From Candidatus Peribacterales bacterium (GTDB taxonomy: Bacteria; Patescibacteriota; Gracilibacteria; Peribacterales; Peribacteraceae), in assembly GCA_020058765.1 (NCBI GenBank), contig JAGVDM010000001.1:84963-148962 (forward strand): 64,000 nt of DNA. Reading direction: 5' to 3'. The translations under genes and the position numbers were made by a program. Below are positions 9,595 to 19,082 of the stretch, one piece after another (position 1 is the stretch's first letter; each line of letters begins with the position of its first letter). The notes under the pieces are model-generated. The model was given only the letters and a program-made list of their open reading frames with translations. It had not been told where the DNA came from and made no database searches.

Positions 9595-10445
9595 GCGATT
9601 TCGGAATGCAGTGCAGCCTGCAGATCGGTCTGCATGGCTGCAGCAGCAGCGTGCGCTGCGTCGCGCCAGTCGGTTCCTGCAGAAGCGTACAGAATGCTGC
9701 GGGAAGCATTCACAATTGCGCCGGAGCCATCTGGCATAAAGCCGTGTTTCACATCCTGCGCGATGCCTCCTTGTGCCCCGTATCCCGGGATCAAGAATGG
9801 CGAGAGCGGCATGAGGGTACGCAGGTACCGCAGCTCTTCGGGGTAGGTTGCCCCAACCACCGCACCAATACAGGAGAAGTTCGATTCTGATCCCACCTGG
9901 TGCATTGCCCAGCTCGCCACAAGGCCAGCAAGGTGCTCATGTACAGCCTCATCTCCCACGGGCAAATCTTGCAAATCACCGGAGCTCGGATTGCTCGTTT
10001 TTACGAGCACGAAAATACCCTTCTCATTTTTAGCGCAGCGTTCAATGAACGGATTTACACCGTCAGAACCAAGGTACGCATTGACCGTGATGGCATCAAT
10101 CGGGCTTCCTGCATGCAAGTATGCATCGGCATACGCATCGCATGTGGAGCCAATATCACCACGTTTTGCGTCGGCAATTACTATTAGCCCCTGCTCTTTT
10201 GCATATGCGCATACATCCCAAAACACACGCATGCCTTCCCAGCCAAGCAGCTCGAAGTATGCAAGCTGCGGCTTGATGCAGGAGGCAATGTCTTTGGTTG
10301 CATCAATAATGCCGATACAGAAATCGCGTACCCCAGTCTCATTGCGCTGTACGCCATCGGGCAATTTTTCCAGTACGGGATCCAGACCCACGCAGACAGG
10401 GGATGTGTTTTTCACCCGAGCTGTGAGTGCATCTGCGAAGTGCAT
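9591..10445 (-). CDS. pyrF: Orotidine-5'-phosphate decarboxylase
   Basis: VCVGLDP, DAKRGDIGST, VKTSN, GAVVGAT, LIPGYGAQGG, NASRSI; start at MHFAD, preceded by TACCAT. Confidence 0.95.
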   Translation of the reverse strand: MHFADALTARVKNTSPVCVGLDPVLEKLPDGVQRNETGVRDFCIGIIDATKDIASCIKPQLAYFELLGWEGMRVFWDVCAYAKEQGLIVIADAKRGDIGSTCDAYADAYLHAGSPIDAITVNAYLGSDGVNPFIERCAKNEKGIFVLVKTSNPSSGDLQDLPVGDEAVHEHLAGLVASWAMHQVGSESNFSCIGAVVGATYPEELRYLRTLMPLSPFLIPGYGAQGGIAQDVKHGFMPDGSGAIVNASRSILYASAGTDWRDAAHAAAAAMQTDLQAALHSEIA

Positions 10446-10474
10446 CTGCCGCATGGTAGCCCCAGATTTCTGTG

Positions 10475-11977
10475 CTAGCCATCGATATTTTGCCGATATT
10501 GCAATGCCTCCGCTACGTGCACGGTTTCAATGGCATCACTCCCCCCAAGGTCGGCAATGGTGCGCGCTACTTTGATAGTGCGATGATAGGCGCGGGCAGA
10601 AAGCCCCATGCGCTGCACAGCGGTGCGGAGCAATTGCTGGGAAGCTTCGCCAAGCGGGCACAGCGTATCGATCTGCTTTACGCCCATTTCCTTGTTGGTT
10701 TGGATCGACAGATGTGCGAAACGGAGAGCTTGGAGTGTTCGTGCACGAATCACACGCTCCAATATTGCTGCGCTCGTTTCCTCGCCCGATGACGGCGGTG
10801 CTTGCAGGTCTTCTATTGCCACGGGCTGTACATCAATCGTCAGGTCGATACGGTCGAGAAGCGGCGCGGATATACGGCGCTTGATCCGCTGTGCGCTCGC
10901 GGCGCTGTAGGTAGATGGGTTCATGGCCGCCACCATGATGAAGTCTGCGGGGAACGTCACTGAGCCCTGCGCGCGAGTGATCGTAATCGTGCGATCTTCC
11001 AGCGGTTGACGCAGTACTTCCAGCACCTGCGGAGGAAACTCCGCAATTTCATCGAGGAACAGCACGCCGCGATGTGCGAGGCTGATTTCCCCTGGGCCGG
11101 GTACTTGTCCACCGCCCACGATACTCACGCCGCTCGCGGTGTGGTGCACCAATCGAAACGGACGACTGCGGATGAGCGGCGCGTTCTCTGGGAGAAGATT
11201 GGCTACCGAGTAAATCTGCGTCACCTCGATAGATTCCTCGGAAGAGAGTGGCGGCAAGATGCCTCGAAATGCACGGGCAAGGAGTGTTTTGCCTGCACCG
11301 GGTGCACCGGAGAGCAATACGTTGTGCCCGCCGGCAGCAGCGATCTCCAATGCGCGCTTGGCATGGTGTTGCCCGCGCACATCTGCAAAATCCACCACGC
11401 CTTCTGGCAATGTATCTGCTGCGCTACTCGCTGGCACGATCACTTCTGGTATAGGCAACGCACCTTGCAGAATCTGTACGAGTTCTTTGAGGTTCTGGGG
11501 CGCAATCACGGTGAGCCCCGGAATCAGCGCCGCCTCGGGGCCGTTCACTGCGGGTACCACCAGTGTTTTGATTCCAAGCCTGCGGCAGGCGATTGCCGCA
11601 GACAGCACACCGGTAACATGGCGCAAGCTCCCATCGAGCGCGAGCTCGCCCACGAATGCCGTGGAGGAGAATGTGGTTTCCGGCAGCACGGCTTGTCCAT
11701 TTACAATAAGCAACCCGAGTGCGATCGGCAGGTCGTACCGCGGGCCAGCTTTGCGCAAATCTGCGGGTGCCAGGTTCACCGTGGTCACCCGTCCGGTCGG
11801 TATTTTAAACCCGCTACTACGTACAGCCATCCAGACACGCTGTTTACTTTCCTGTACAGCAGTATCGCCGAGGCCGACGATCATCATCTTCGCTTCACCC
11901 TGTGTGCAGCCGACTTCTACAGTGATCTTTTCGCTCTTGAGCCCAACATTCTGGAAGGAGGTGAGTTGCGTTAGCAT
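10475..11977 (-). CDS. comM: ComM/YifB Mg-chelatase-like AAA+ ATPase (competence helicase)
   Basis: VNLAPADLRK, GELALDG, Walker A GAPGAGKT, PGEISLAHRGVLFLDE, LLDRID, LSARAYHRTIKVARTIADL. Confidence 0.93.
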   Translation of the reverse strand: MLTQLTSFQNVGLKSEKITVEVGCTQGEAKMMIVGLGDTAVQESKQRVWMAVRSSGFKIPTGRVTTVNLAPADLRKAGPRYDLPIALGLLIVNGQAVLPETTFSSTAFVGELALDGSLRHVTGVLSAAIACRRLGIKTLVVPAVNGPEAALIPGLTVIAPQNLKELVQILQGALPIPEVIVPASSAADTLPEGVVDFADVRGQHHAKRALEIAAAGGHNVLLSGAPGAGKTLLARAFRGILPPLSSEESIEVTQIYSVANLLPENAPLIRSRPFRLVHHTASGVSIVGGGQVPGPGEISLAHRGVLFLDEIAEFPPQVLEVLRQPLEDRTITITRAQGSVTFPADFIMVAAMNPSTYSAASAQRIKRRISAPLLDRIDLTIDVQPVAIEDLQAPPSSGEETSAAILERVIRARTLQALRFAHLSIQTNKEMGVKQIDTLCPLGEASQQLLRTAVQRMGLSARAYHRTIKVARTIADLGGSDAIETVHVAEALQYRQNIDG

Positions 11978-12054
11978 GTCAGTAGAGTGTACTCTCGTAC
12001 ACCTGCTGTCTACAGTGATTGGGTAGACAGACGTACACCTCTATATTGGAGAGC

Positions 12055-12423
12055 ATGTCTGCAAGATCCACTGCCATCGTCGGCCAACGCGGAGAGACTA
12101 TTGCCGTCGAGTATCTGCGCGTAATCGGGTACCGCATCTATGCCTGCAATGTGCAGCTCGGTCACGATGAGATCGACATCGTCGCGCATGATCCACAGGA
12201 TAATGTAATTGTTTTTGTGGAAGTAAAAGCACGTGCATCACGTAGCGGCAACTACGCGCCGGAGCTGAACATGACGACGGTGAAAAAACGTCGGCTGCGG
12301 CGTGCAATGGATCGCTGGGTAACCGAGCGACACTATGAGGGTGGGTATCGCCTCGATTTCATTGGCGTTGCCGCAGGTGCCGTGTGCGCCCATGCCCGCG
12401 AATTGGAATTGCCTACCGAATAA
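12055..12423 (+). CDS. yraN: YraN family endonuclease
   Basis: GQRGE..A..YL, EIDIVA, VFVEVKAR, RLDFIGV; divergent from comM. Confidence 0.9.
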   Translation: MSARSTAIVGQRGETIAVEYLRVIGYRIYACNVQLGHDEIDIVAHDPQDNVIVFVEVKARASRSGNYAPELNMTTVKKRRLRRAMDRWVTERHYEGGYRLDFIGVAAGAVCAHARELELPTE

Positions 12424-13111
12424 CAGCAGTCACCCTCCCCGTGGAGAGTGCCACTTGCAGGGGCATTGCTGCAGGGTTGAGGTCACTCTTCATCGCACGC
12501 TCGAGCGTGGCACGCTTTTGCTCACCGGTAATCAGAAGTACTTGTTGCTGGCTCGCAAGGATGACAAGGGGCGACACACTAATGCGATCATGCACAGCGA
12601 ATGCATCGGTAGTGGTGTGCAGCACGAGCACTTCGCCGAATGCAGTTTCTGGCACAGGGGGAAACAGCGATGCAATGTGCCCGTCTGGTCCGAGGCCCAA
12701 CGTGATCACATCTGGCGGGTGCGCGGAGAACAGGTGCACCAGCGCTTCGCCGTAGGCAATCACGCCATCCTCAATCGATAAGCTTGTATCGGGGAAGTAC
12801 ATATTCCCTGGGGGCACATCCGCATTGGCGAGCAGAGTATCGCGTACGAGCTGCTGATTGCTGTTTTTGTCATCCGCGGGTACCCAACGTTCGTCGAGTA
12901 AGAAGAGTTTCACGCACGTCCAATCAATATCGGTGTTTTCGCCGAGTGCTTGGTACACGGGACCGGGCGTGCTGCCACCAGAGAGGCCTACAATACATTC
13001 GCCGCGATCCTGCTGCACTGCAATGATCTTTGTGGCGAGGAGCGCAGTGGCTTTGCTGACGAACTCCTGTTCGTCCTTGGTTTCCACCAATGTGCATGGC
13101 AGTGGTGTCAT
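12413..13111 (-). CDS. pgl: 6-phosphogluconolactonase
   Basis: LSGGSTP, DERWVP..D..SN, LGLGPDGHIASLFP; ATGA overlap with the zwf stop. Confidence 0.93.
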   Translation of the reverse strand: MTPLPCTLVETKDEQEFVSKATALLATKIIAVQQDRGECIVGLSGGSTPGPVYQALGENTDIDWTCVKLFLLDERWVPADDKNSNQQLVRDTLLANADVPPGNMYFPDTSLSIEDGVIAYGEALVHLFSAHPPDVITLGLGPDGHIASLFPPVPETAFGEVLVLHTTTDAFAVHDRISVSPLVILASQQQVLLITGEQKRATLERAMKSDLNPAAMPLQVALSTGRVTAVIR

Positions 13112-14580
13112 GCGATCTCTTGCCAGGAACGTCCGTCGCGTCCGATCCATTCATGGATCGCCTCCGGCCCCATGGAACCTGCAGGATATTCATGGAGCGC
13201 CGTCGTGTCTTTGCTTAAATGCGATTGCACGGGGTCGAGGAGCCGCCACGACATTTGTACTTCCTCAAACGAAAGGAACCACTGCTTGCGACCGTGAATT
13301 GCTTCCAGCAGGAGCATGCCGTGTTCCGGCAAACAGTCGCCAAAACAAATGAGCGGATCGGAGAGCACGAGCGGGCGGAACACTGGCTCCGTACCGCCGA
13401 GCTTCGTTTGCAATTCGAAACGCATACCTGCCTCACCCTGCAAGATCACGTGTAGGCGGTTTGGAGTACTGCCTTCACCCACCGCGTGCGGAACTTGGAA
13501 CTGGATCGAAATGCGAGTTTCCTTCTTCTGCAGGCGCTTGCCTGATCGTAAGTAGAAGGGCACACCTTCCCAGCGCGAAATACGTGTCATGAGTCGCAGT
13601 GCCGCAAAGGTATTGGTGCGTGACTGCGGGTCTACGTCCTGCTCCTCGCGGTAGCCCGGTACGCTCTTGCCGTTCACCGTGCCCGCGGCGTACTGCCCCT
13701 GGAGCACAATGTCATCCATATCCGTTGCCGGTGGCAGGTAGAGCTGCGACAGCGCATTGGCGCGACTCTCGCGGAACCCGTCCGCATCGTGTTGCACGCG
13801 CATGGTGAGGAGTGCCATTGCCATCATTAAGTGCGACTGGAACATGTCGCGGAATGTTCCTGTGTGCTCAAAGTACCCGGCACGCTGCTCTATGCCTCCC
13901 GGTTCCGCTGCAGTGATCTCCACATACTCAATCAGTGTGTTTTTAAACAGTCGCTCAAGCACTGGGTTTGCATAGCGCAGGTAGAACACGTTGCGCACGG
14001 CTTCTTTACCGAGGTAGTGATCCAGCAAATAAATCTCTTCATCACTAAAGCAGCTGCTGAGTTGTTTCTTGATCAGTTCAAAACTCTTTAGGTCGCCGCC
14101 CACAGGTTTCTCCACAATGTTGCGCAGGGGAATACCTTCCTCATGTACGCCACCCTTGCACAGATTTTCGGAAATCGCGCCGAATACTGATGGCGGCACG
14201 GAGTAGTACGCCAGGCGCACGGGGTTTTTCCATCCTTTTTCGAGGCCACGGAGCTTCTTTGCCAGTGCTGCGAAATCATCCTCTTCATCGTAATTGCCTT
14301 GGTGGTAATGCACGCGCTCAAGGAATGCGGCGAGCTTCTTCTCGTTGGGCTCAATGAGGTCTTTGCGGATCGACTGTTCCACCATCCCGCGGAATTCGTC
14401 ATCGGTCATTGGTGATCGGGCAAATCCCACGAGGGCGTAGTCATCGGGGAGGCGACCCTTCTCTGCGAGAATGTAGAGCGCAGGGTAGATCTTGAGCTGC
14501 GCCAAGTGCCCCGATGCACCAAAAAGCACGAAGCTGAATGGTTGGGATGCCGAGAGGAGGGAAGACTGCAGATCGACCAT
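13108..14580 (-). CDS. zwf: Glucose-6-phosphate 1-dehydrogenase
   Basis: FGASGHLA, EKPVG, LDHYLGKE, DMFQSH, RWEGVPFYLRSGK. Confidence 0.96.
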   Translation of the reverse strand: MVDLQSSLLSASQPFSFVLFGASGHLAQLKIYPALYILAEKGRLPDDYALVGFARSPMTDDEFRGMVEQSIRKDLIEPNEKKLAAFLERVHYHQGNYDEEDDFAALAKKLRGLEKGWKNPVRLAYYSVPPSVFGAISENLCKGGVHEEGIPLRNIVEKPVGGDLKSFELIKKQLSSCFSDEEIYLLDHYLGKEAVRNVFYLRYANPVLERLFKNTLIEYVEITAAEPGGIEQRAGYFEHTGTFRDMFQSHLMMAMALLTMRVQHDADGFRESRANALSQLYLPPATDMDDIVLQGQYAAGTVNGKSVPGYREEQDVDPQSRTNTFAALRLMTRISRWEGVPFYLRSGKRLQKKETRISIQFQVPHAVGEGSTPNRLHVILQGEAGMRFELQTKLGGTEPVFRPLVLSDPLICFGDCLPEHGMLLLEAIHGRKQWFLSFEEVQMSWRLLDPVQSHLSKDTTALHEYPAGSMGPEAIHEWIGRDGRSWQEIA

Positions 14581-14649
14581 GGAAGCCCCATTGTAGCCCT
14601 TCAGAGCGAGTGCACAATCCGCTTTGGGGTACAGAACGTACACTTTTTC

Positions 14650-14678
14650 TTGTCTACGGAATTGTGTCTCGCTAGGAT
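14650..14678 (+). promoter_or_regulatory. Sigma70-like promoter for the SAM riboswitch/metK transcript
   Basis: TTGTCT, 17 bp spacer, TAGGAT. Confidence 0.6.
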
Positions 14679-14695
14679 CGGCACACAACATCGCG

Positions 14696-14799
14696 CTATC
14701 ACGAGTGGTGGTGAGGGAACTGGCCCGGTGATCCACCCCCCAACAGTCCCGCGCATGCGGGAAAATGTGGGACATCCAGCCCCATACGGGGAGAGATAG
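14696..14799 (+). ncRNA. SAM-I riboswitch aptamer
   Basis: P1 CTATC/GATAG; ATCACGAG; P2 with GAGGGAACTGGCCC..TGA kink-turn; CTGG/CCAG pseudoknot; P3 with CAAC bulge; P4 CCCC-ATAC-GGGG; directly upstream of metK. Confidence 0.92.
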
Positions 14800-14816
14800 G
14801 AAGCACCTGCAGATCT

Positions 14817-14860
14817 GCGCTCTCTCCGGAAACGGGAAGGCGCGTTTCCTTCAATTTTCT
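14817..14860 (+). terminator. Riboswitch expression-platform terminator-like hairpin
   Basis: GCGCTCTCTCCG-GAAA-CGGGAAGGCGC followed by a T-rich tract; the CTCTCC arm is complementary to GGAGAG at the aptamer 3' end. Confidence 0.6.
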
Positions 14861-14871
14861 TTCTTTCTCCC

Positions 14872-16029
14872 ATGTCGTACCTCTTCACTTCCGAGTCGGT
14901 CACCGAGGGTCACCCCGATAAAATCTGCGACCAGATCAGCGATGCAATTCTGGATGAAGCACTGCGCCAAGATCCAGGTGCGCACGTTGCATGCGAGTGC
15001 TTGGCAACAACCGGTCTCGTGGTGGTTGCGGGTGAGATGCGTACCAAAGGATATGTAAATATTGCCGGCATCACGCGCGAAGTGATTCGGCAGATCGGCT
15101 ACGACGATGCTGTATATGGTTTCGATCACAAGGCATGTGCAGTTGTGGTGAGCATTGGTGAACAGAGTGCGGATATTGCACAGGGTGTGGATGAAGATAC
15201 GAATGTAGAAAAGGAACAGGGCGCGGGGGATCAGGGTTTGATGTTCGGCTACGCATGCGATGAAACGCCGGAGCTCATGCCATTGCCTATCGCTCTTGCC
15301 CACAAGCTCACACGCAAGCTCTCACAGGTGCGTAAGAACAAAGAGCTGTCGTACCTGCGTCCAGATGGTAAGAGCCAGGTCACAGTCCAGTACGCCGATG
15401 ACGGCACACCCGAGCGCGTGGAGTGTGTGGTGATTTCCACACAACATGCCGACGGTATTCCACATGAACAGATTTGTGCAGACATGAAGAAGTTCATTAT
15501 TGAACCTGTGTGTGGCCAGTATCTTGATGAGAAAACGAAGTACCACATCAACCCCACAGGACGTTTTGTGATCGGTGGGCCTCCAGGCGACTGCGGCCTC
15601 ACAGGTCGCAAGATTATTGTGGATAGCTACGGCGGCATGGGTCGTCATGGCGGGGGTGCGTTCTCGGGCAAAGATCCAAGTAAGGTCGACCGATCGGGTG
15701 CGTATGCGGCACGATGGGTAGCCAAACACGTCGTAAAAGCTGGTCTCGCCAAGCGCTGCGAGGTGCAGGTGGCCTACGCCATCGGCGTGGCCAAGCCTGT
15801 ATCCATTCGTGTGGATACCTTTGGCACCGGTACCAAGTCCGACGCCGCACTCTCCGCCGCAGTCATGAAGACATTCGACCTGCGCCCTGCATCCATCATT
15901 CGCGATCTCGATCTGCTCAAGCCACAGTACAAAGCGCTTGCCGCGTACGGGCACCTCGGTCGCGAAGATCTTTCTGTTGGCTGGGAGCGGTGCGACCGCA
16001 TCGATGCATTGTTGCAGGCAGTTGGCTGA
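14872..16029 (+). CDS. metK: S-adenosylmethionine synthetase
   Basis: [35 protein letters not shown]. Confidence 0.99.
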   Translation: MSYLFTSESVTEGHPDKICDQISDAILDEALRQDPGAHVACECLATTGLVVVAGEMRTKGYVNIAGITREVIRQIGYDDAVYGFDHKACAVVVSIGEQSADIAQGVDEDTNVEKEQGAGDQGLMFGYACDETPELMPLPIALAHKLTRKLSQVRKNKELSYLRPDGKSQVTVQYADDGTPERVECVVISTQHADGIPHEQICADMKKFIIEPVCGQYLDEKTKYHINPTGRFVIGGPPGDCGLTGRKIIVDSYGGMGRHGGGAFSGKDPSKVDRSGAYAARWVAKHVVKAGLAKRCEVQVAYAIGVAKPVSIRVDTFGTGTKSDAALSAAVMKTFDLRPASIIRDLDLLKPQYKALAAYGHLGREDLSVGWERCDRIDALLQAVG

Positions 16030-16077
16030 AACAGGGCAATCCAGTAAAGTAGAGGAATCGTTCCCCTCCCTCTGGTT

Positions 16078-16971
16078 ATGGTCGCCTCATTCAGTTCTAT
16101 CTTCAGCAGCAGTTTGCAGCGCGTGCGCACGTGCATACTGCCTGTTCTGCTCACAGCCGTTGTTGTAGGCGCAGTCAATGCACTGCCCGCGGCATTGTTG
16201 CCACAGCAAACAGAAGGAGGCACAGATGCAGCCAGTGTTCTGGAGGCCATTCTGCAGGGGGATGAGGCGCAGATTGAAGCAATGGTCGAGCAAGCCGAAG
16301 AAACAGAAGATGCTCCACCATTGACCGCCGAAGAAGGCGTGATCGCTGCAGCGCTAATGATCCTCTCGATTATTGTTTCGATCTTTGGCGGATTCTATTT
16401 AATGATTGTCATTGCAGAAGGGTACAGCGATCCCGCCGCTGGGCTTCGACGATTGCCTAGCCTTCTGCTGCCTATCGCCGGTACAACATTTTGGATGTTC
16501 ATCGTATCGTACATATGGGTGCCGCTGCTGCCAGCAGTCGGTCTGCTCTTGTGGGATGGCGTGCAGTATGGACAGCCGACACCAACAGCAATTGGCGTTG
16601 CCGTTCTACTGTTTTTTGTGAGCGCGGTCGTTGCGCTCGTTCGTATGCCGCGTTTGTTCTTTGCGCCGATCATTCTCGTGCGTGAAAAAACGGGAATCAC
16701 AGAGAGCGTTCGCCTGAGCGAACAGCGCACGCGTGGGTACTGGAGCAAGATCGTTCTGAATAATCTCGCGTTCGCTATTATTGGATTCATTGTCATGATG
16801 CTGCTGTTCGCAATTCTGGGTTCACTGTTTGTTGCATTGGCATTCGCTGGGCAAATGGGCGCAGTAGCCGGCTCCTTCGTGATGGTACTTGGGCAATTAC
16901 TCATCAACGCATGGAACCAAGCATTCCACGTTGAGTTGGCGCTCACTATCTTCGACAATCCCCGCGAGTAA
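16078..16971 (+). CDS. Multi-pass membrane protein of unknown function
   Basis: About 6-7 hydrophobic segments; ESVRLS..RTRGYW pattern. Confidence 0.7.
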   Translation: MVASFSSIFSSSLQRVRTCILPVLLTAVVVGAVNALPAALLPQQTEGGTDAASVLEAILQGDEAQIEAMVEQAEETEDAPPLTAEEGVIAAALMILSIIVSIFGGFYLMIVIAEGYSDPAAGLRRLPSLLLPIAGTTFWMFIVSYIWVPLLPAVGLLLWDGVQYGQPTPTAIGVAVLLFFVSAVVALVRMPRLFFAPIILVREKTGITESVRLSEQRTRGYWSKIVLNNLAFAIIGFIVMMLLFAILGSLFVALAFAGQMGAVAGSFVMVLGQLLINAWNQAFHVELALTIFDNPRE

Positions 16972-17086
16972 TTTTCGCACTTCAGAAAGTCGTAAATATG
17001 ACTTCACGAAGCCGATTTTTATTTGGCGTACCACTTCCCTGTGAAGAACAGTTTCCCTTGCCCCAAGGCAGGCATACATTCAATAC

Positions 17087-17590
17087 ATGAATGCTCTCCG
17101 CAAAAACTACGATCAGGCAGTACAAGGTCTCTATGGTTCGGAAGGTGTGGATACACAAGACTCGCGCGTTGCCGCGCTCCGGCAATCACTTGCGCCCTTG
17201 GGGCACGCAGATGTACTCAATGGTCTGCCAGACAATGCGGATGAGCGGCAGATTATGGGGCGGCTGATGGAAATGGGTCAGGGGATGTCCGAGGAGCCAG
17301 ATAGTGATCCTGCAAAAGAGAAACTTCCCAGTAAGCCGGAGTTGCGCGCGTACGTTGCGGCGAGTAAGCATCTCAGCCCGGAGCATGCAGGCGTGTTGCT
17401 CGCACGCGTGCAGGAACATGCATACCAATCCGAATCGCCGTATCACGCCATTGCACTGAATGCCCTCGCCGAAGGTGGCGACAAAGCGGCGCAAGGCATC
17501 CTCGCCACCAAGCGGCAGGCCGAAATCAAAAAGGCTCGCGCCGAACAGGGCACACGCGTACGCGGATGCTGTGAAGGTCACGAGTTCTAG
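17087..17590 (+). CDS. Hypothetical protein
   Basis: 167 aa helical-looking ORF; its stop overlaps the convergent gene by 4 bp. Confidence 0.55.
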   Translation: MNALRKNYDQAVQGLYGSEGVDTQDSRVAALRQSLAPLGHADVLNGLPDNADERQIMGRLMEMGQGMSEEPDSDPAKEKLPSKPELRAYVAASKHLSPEHAGVLLARVQEHAYQSESPYHAIALNALAEGGDKAAQGILATKRQAEIKKARAEQGTRVRGCCEGHEF

Positions 17591-18159
17591 TCTGTGTGCT
17601 CCTCGGCAGCGCCGCTGCCGTTCTTGCCATTGCTCAGTACGAGATCGGGCATGAGTGTACCAAGGCGCTCGCAGTGCAAACTGATCTGATTGCGTAGCGC
17701 ATCTACACCCGCTGCTATCGCGAGTTCCCGATCCACCACAATCCTGCGTACGCTGCCATTGTACTGCTGAAGCATTGCGCCCAGATCGAGCGTGTTGTCG
17801 CAAGAAAGCACGTCTGCATTTGGCGTGGATGTGAGGTGGAGTTCCCGTATTGCCTGTGGCGTTGCCGTACGAGGTGCCTCATCTGGTACAGATGGATTTA
17901 TCATGCGGCCGTTCATCTGGTCGCGGATGTACTTTGCTAGTACATCGCGTGGGATCCTCCGGAACCGAGACCCAGGAATGCGCCAACCCTTCAGCTCTCC
18001 ATTGTCGAATATGCGGATGACGGTCTGCTGGGAAACCATCATAATCTGCGCTGCTTCACCTGTAGTGAAGACTTCTTTTTCCGCGAGGTGTGGGGGCACT
18101 ATAAATGCAATGGGCTCGCGCTCTACGCCGTTGCTTGGAGGGATATTTTCGCTTGGCAT
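17587..18159 (-). CDS. Excisionase-like (HTH_17/MerR-type) DNA-binding protein with possible degenerate receiver domain
   Basis: VFTTGEAAQIMMVSQQTVIRIFDNGELKGWRIPGSRFRRIPR; start ATG 18159 follows a TTGACA-18-TACTCT promoter. Confidence 0.8.
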   Translation of the reverse strand: MPSENIPPSNGVEREPIAFIVPPHLAEKEVFTTGEAAQIMMVSQQTVIRIFDNGELKGWRIPGSRFRRIPRDVLAKYIRDQMNGRMINPSVPDEAPRTATPQAIRELHLTSTPNADVLSCDNTLDLGAMLQQYNGSVRRIVVDRELAIAAGVDALRNQISLHCERLGTLMPDLVLSNGKNGSGAAEEHTD

Positions 18160-18168
18160 AAGGGAGAG

Positions 18169-18198
18169 AGAGTACTTGTGAGACATTGAATATGTCAA
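18169..18198 (-). promoter_or_regulatory. Promoter of the HTH gene with overlapping inverted repeat
   Basis: Minus strand TTGACA, 18 bp, TACTCT; GACAT-N5-ATGTC at 18182-18196 overlaps the -35 box. Confidence 0.55.
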
Positions 18199-18245
18199 CA
18201 ATACTATGCAGACCAACAGTGGATTGCCGTTAGTATCACGGGCGT

Positions 18246-19082
18246 ATGTGGTTCCCGCTCGCGCTCCTCTCGGCTGTGCTCTACGCCTGTATGTGGCTCT
18301 TCGCGCGTGGCAGCCGCGGCATGCCCACAGCATTCGTTACTGCCGCCGCGAGCATGTGGGCGCCGCCCATGCTGGTATGGACGCTTTTCAATGTGGATTA
18401 CCCCTGGGGCGATCCGTTGTGGCAGCGCTACCTTGTGCTGCCCTTCTTTCTTATTCCTATCACGCTGCTGGGGCTCACGCTCGCGGGGCAGCGTACCGAA
18501 GTGAGTATCATCAAGCCGCTCTCCGCACTCTCCACAGTGGCAGCGCTCTGCGCGAGTGTTTTGTTGTTCGGTGCAGAGTTTCGTCTCGCGCATACGATTG
18601 GCATCGCCGTGATCACCGTGGGGCTCCTTTTGCTGTACCACGGTCGTTGGGAATCCTGGCGCACTCCGTGGCCGTGGATCGCATTCGTGGGTGTGCTGGT
18701 ACTGGGGGCAAACGCTGCGGTCGCTCGCGAAGTGCTTGTGATTTTTCGGGAGCCGCTCGCCTTGATCACGCTCGCAGCGACAGGATCGTTCTGCGTGAAC
18801 GGTGCACTTGCTATCCGCGAGCGACGGGTCATCAAAATTGCCTCTCGTGACGTGGTATTTCTCTTCGCCTTTGCCGCCACAAATTTGGCGCAGGATCTTC
18901 TCACCTTCACAGCCCTCACCATGGGGCCTGCTCCCCACGTGATCGCCGTGAAACGGACGAGCATTCTGTTTGCCGCATTCATGAGCTACTTCATTTTTCG
19001 CGATCGCGACCAACCGCTCTGGCGGCTCATGGCCGCGAGCGGAGTGGTGGTGATTGGCGTGGCGTGCCTCAGCCTCGGCTAA
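18246..19082 (+). CDS. EamA/DMT family transporter
   Basis: About 10 TM segments in two repeats; VIAVKRTSILF motif. Confidence 0.85.
   Translation: MWFPLALLSAVLYACMWLFARGSRGMPTAFVTAAASMWAPPMLVWTLFNVDYPWGDPLWQRYLVLPFFLIPITLLGLTLAGQRTEVSIIKPLSALSTVAALCASVLLFGAEFRLAHTIGIAVITVGLLLLYHGRWESWRTPWPWIAFVGVLVLGANAAVAREVLVIFREPLALITLAATGSFCVNGALAIRERRVIKIASRDVVFLFAFAATNLAQDLLTFTALTMGPAPHVIAVKRTSILFAAFMSYFIFRDRDQPLWRLMAASGVVVIGVACLSLG

Noticed and set aside
16998-17090. 30-codon uORF overlapping the start of 17087 (ATGA)
   Set aside because: No biased codon run, no clear promoter and no terminator/antiterminator pair; likely chance
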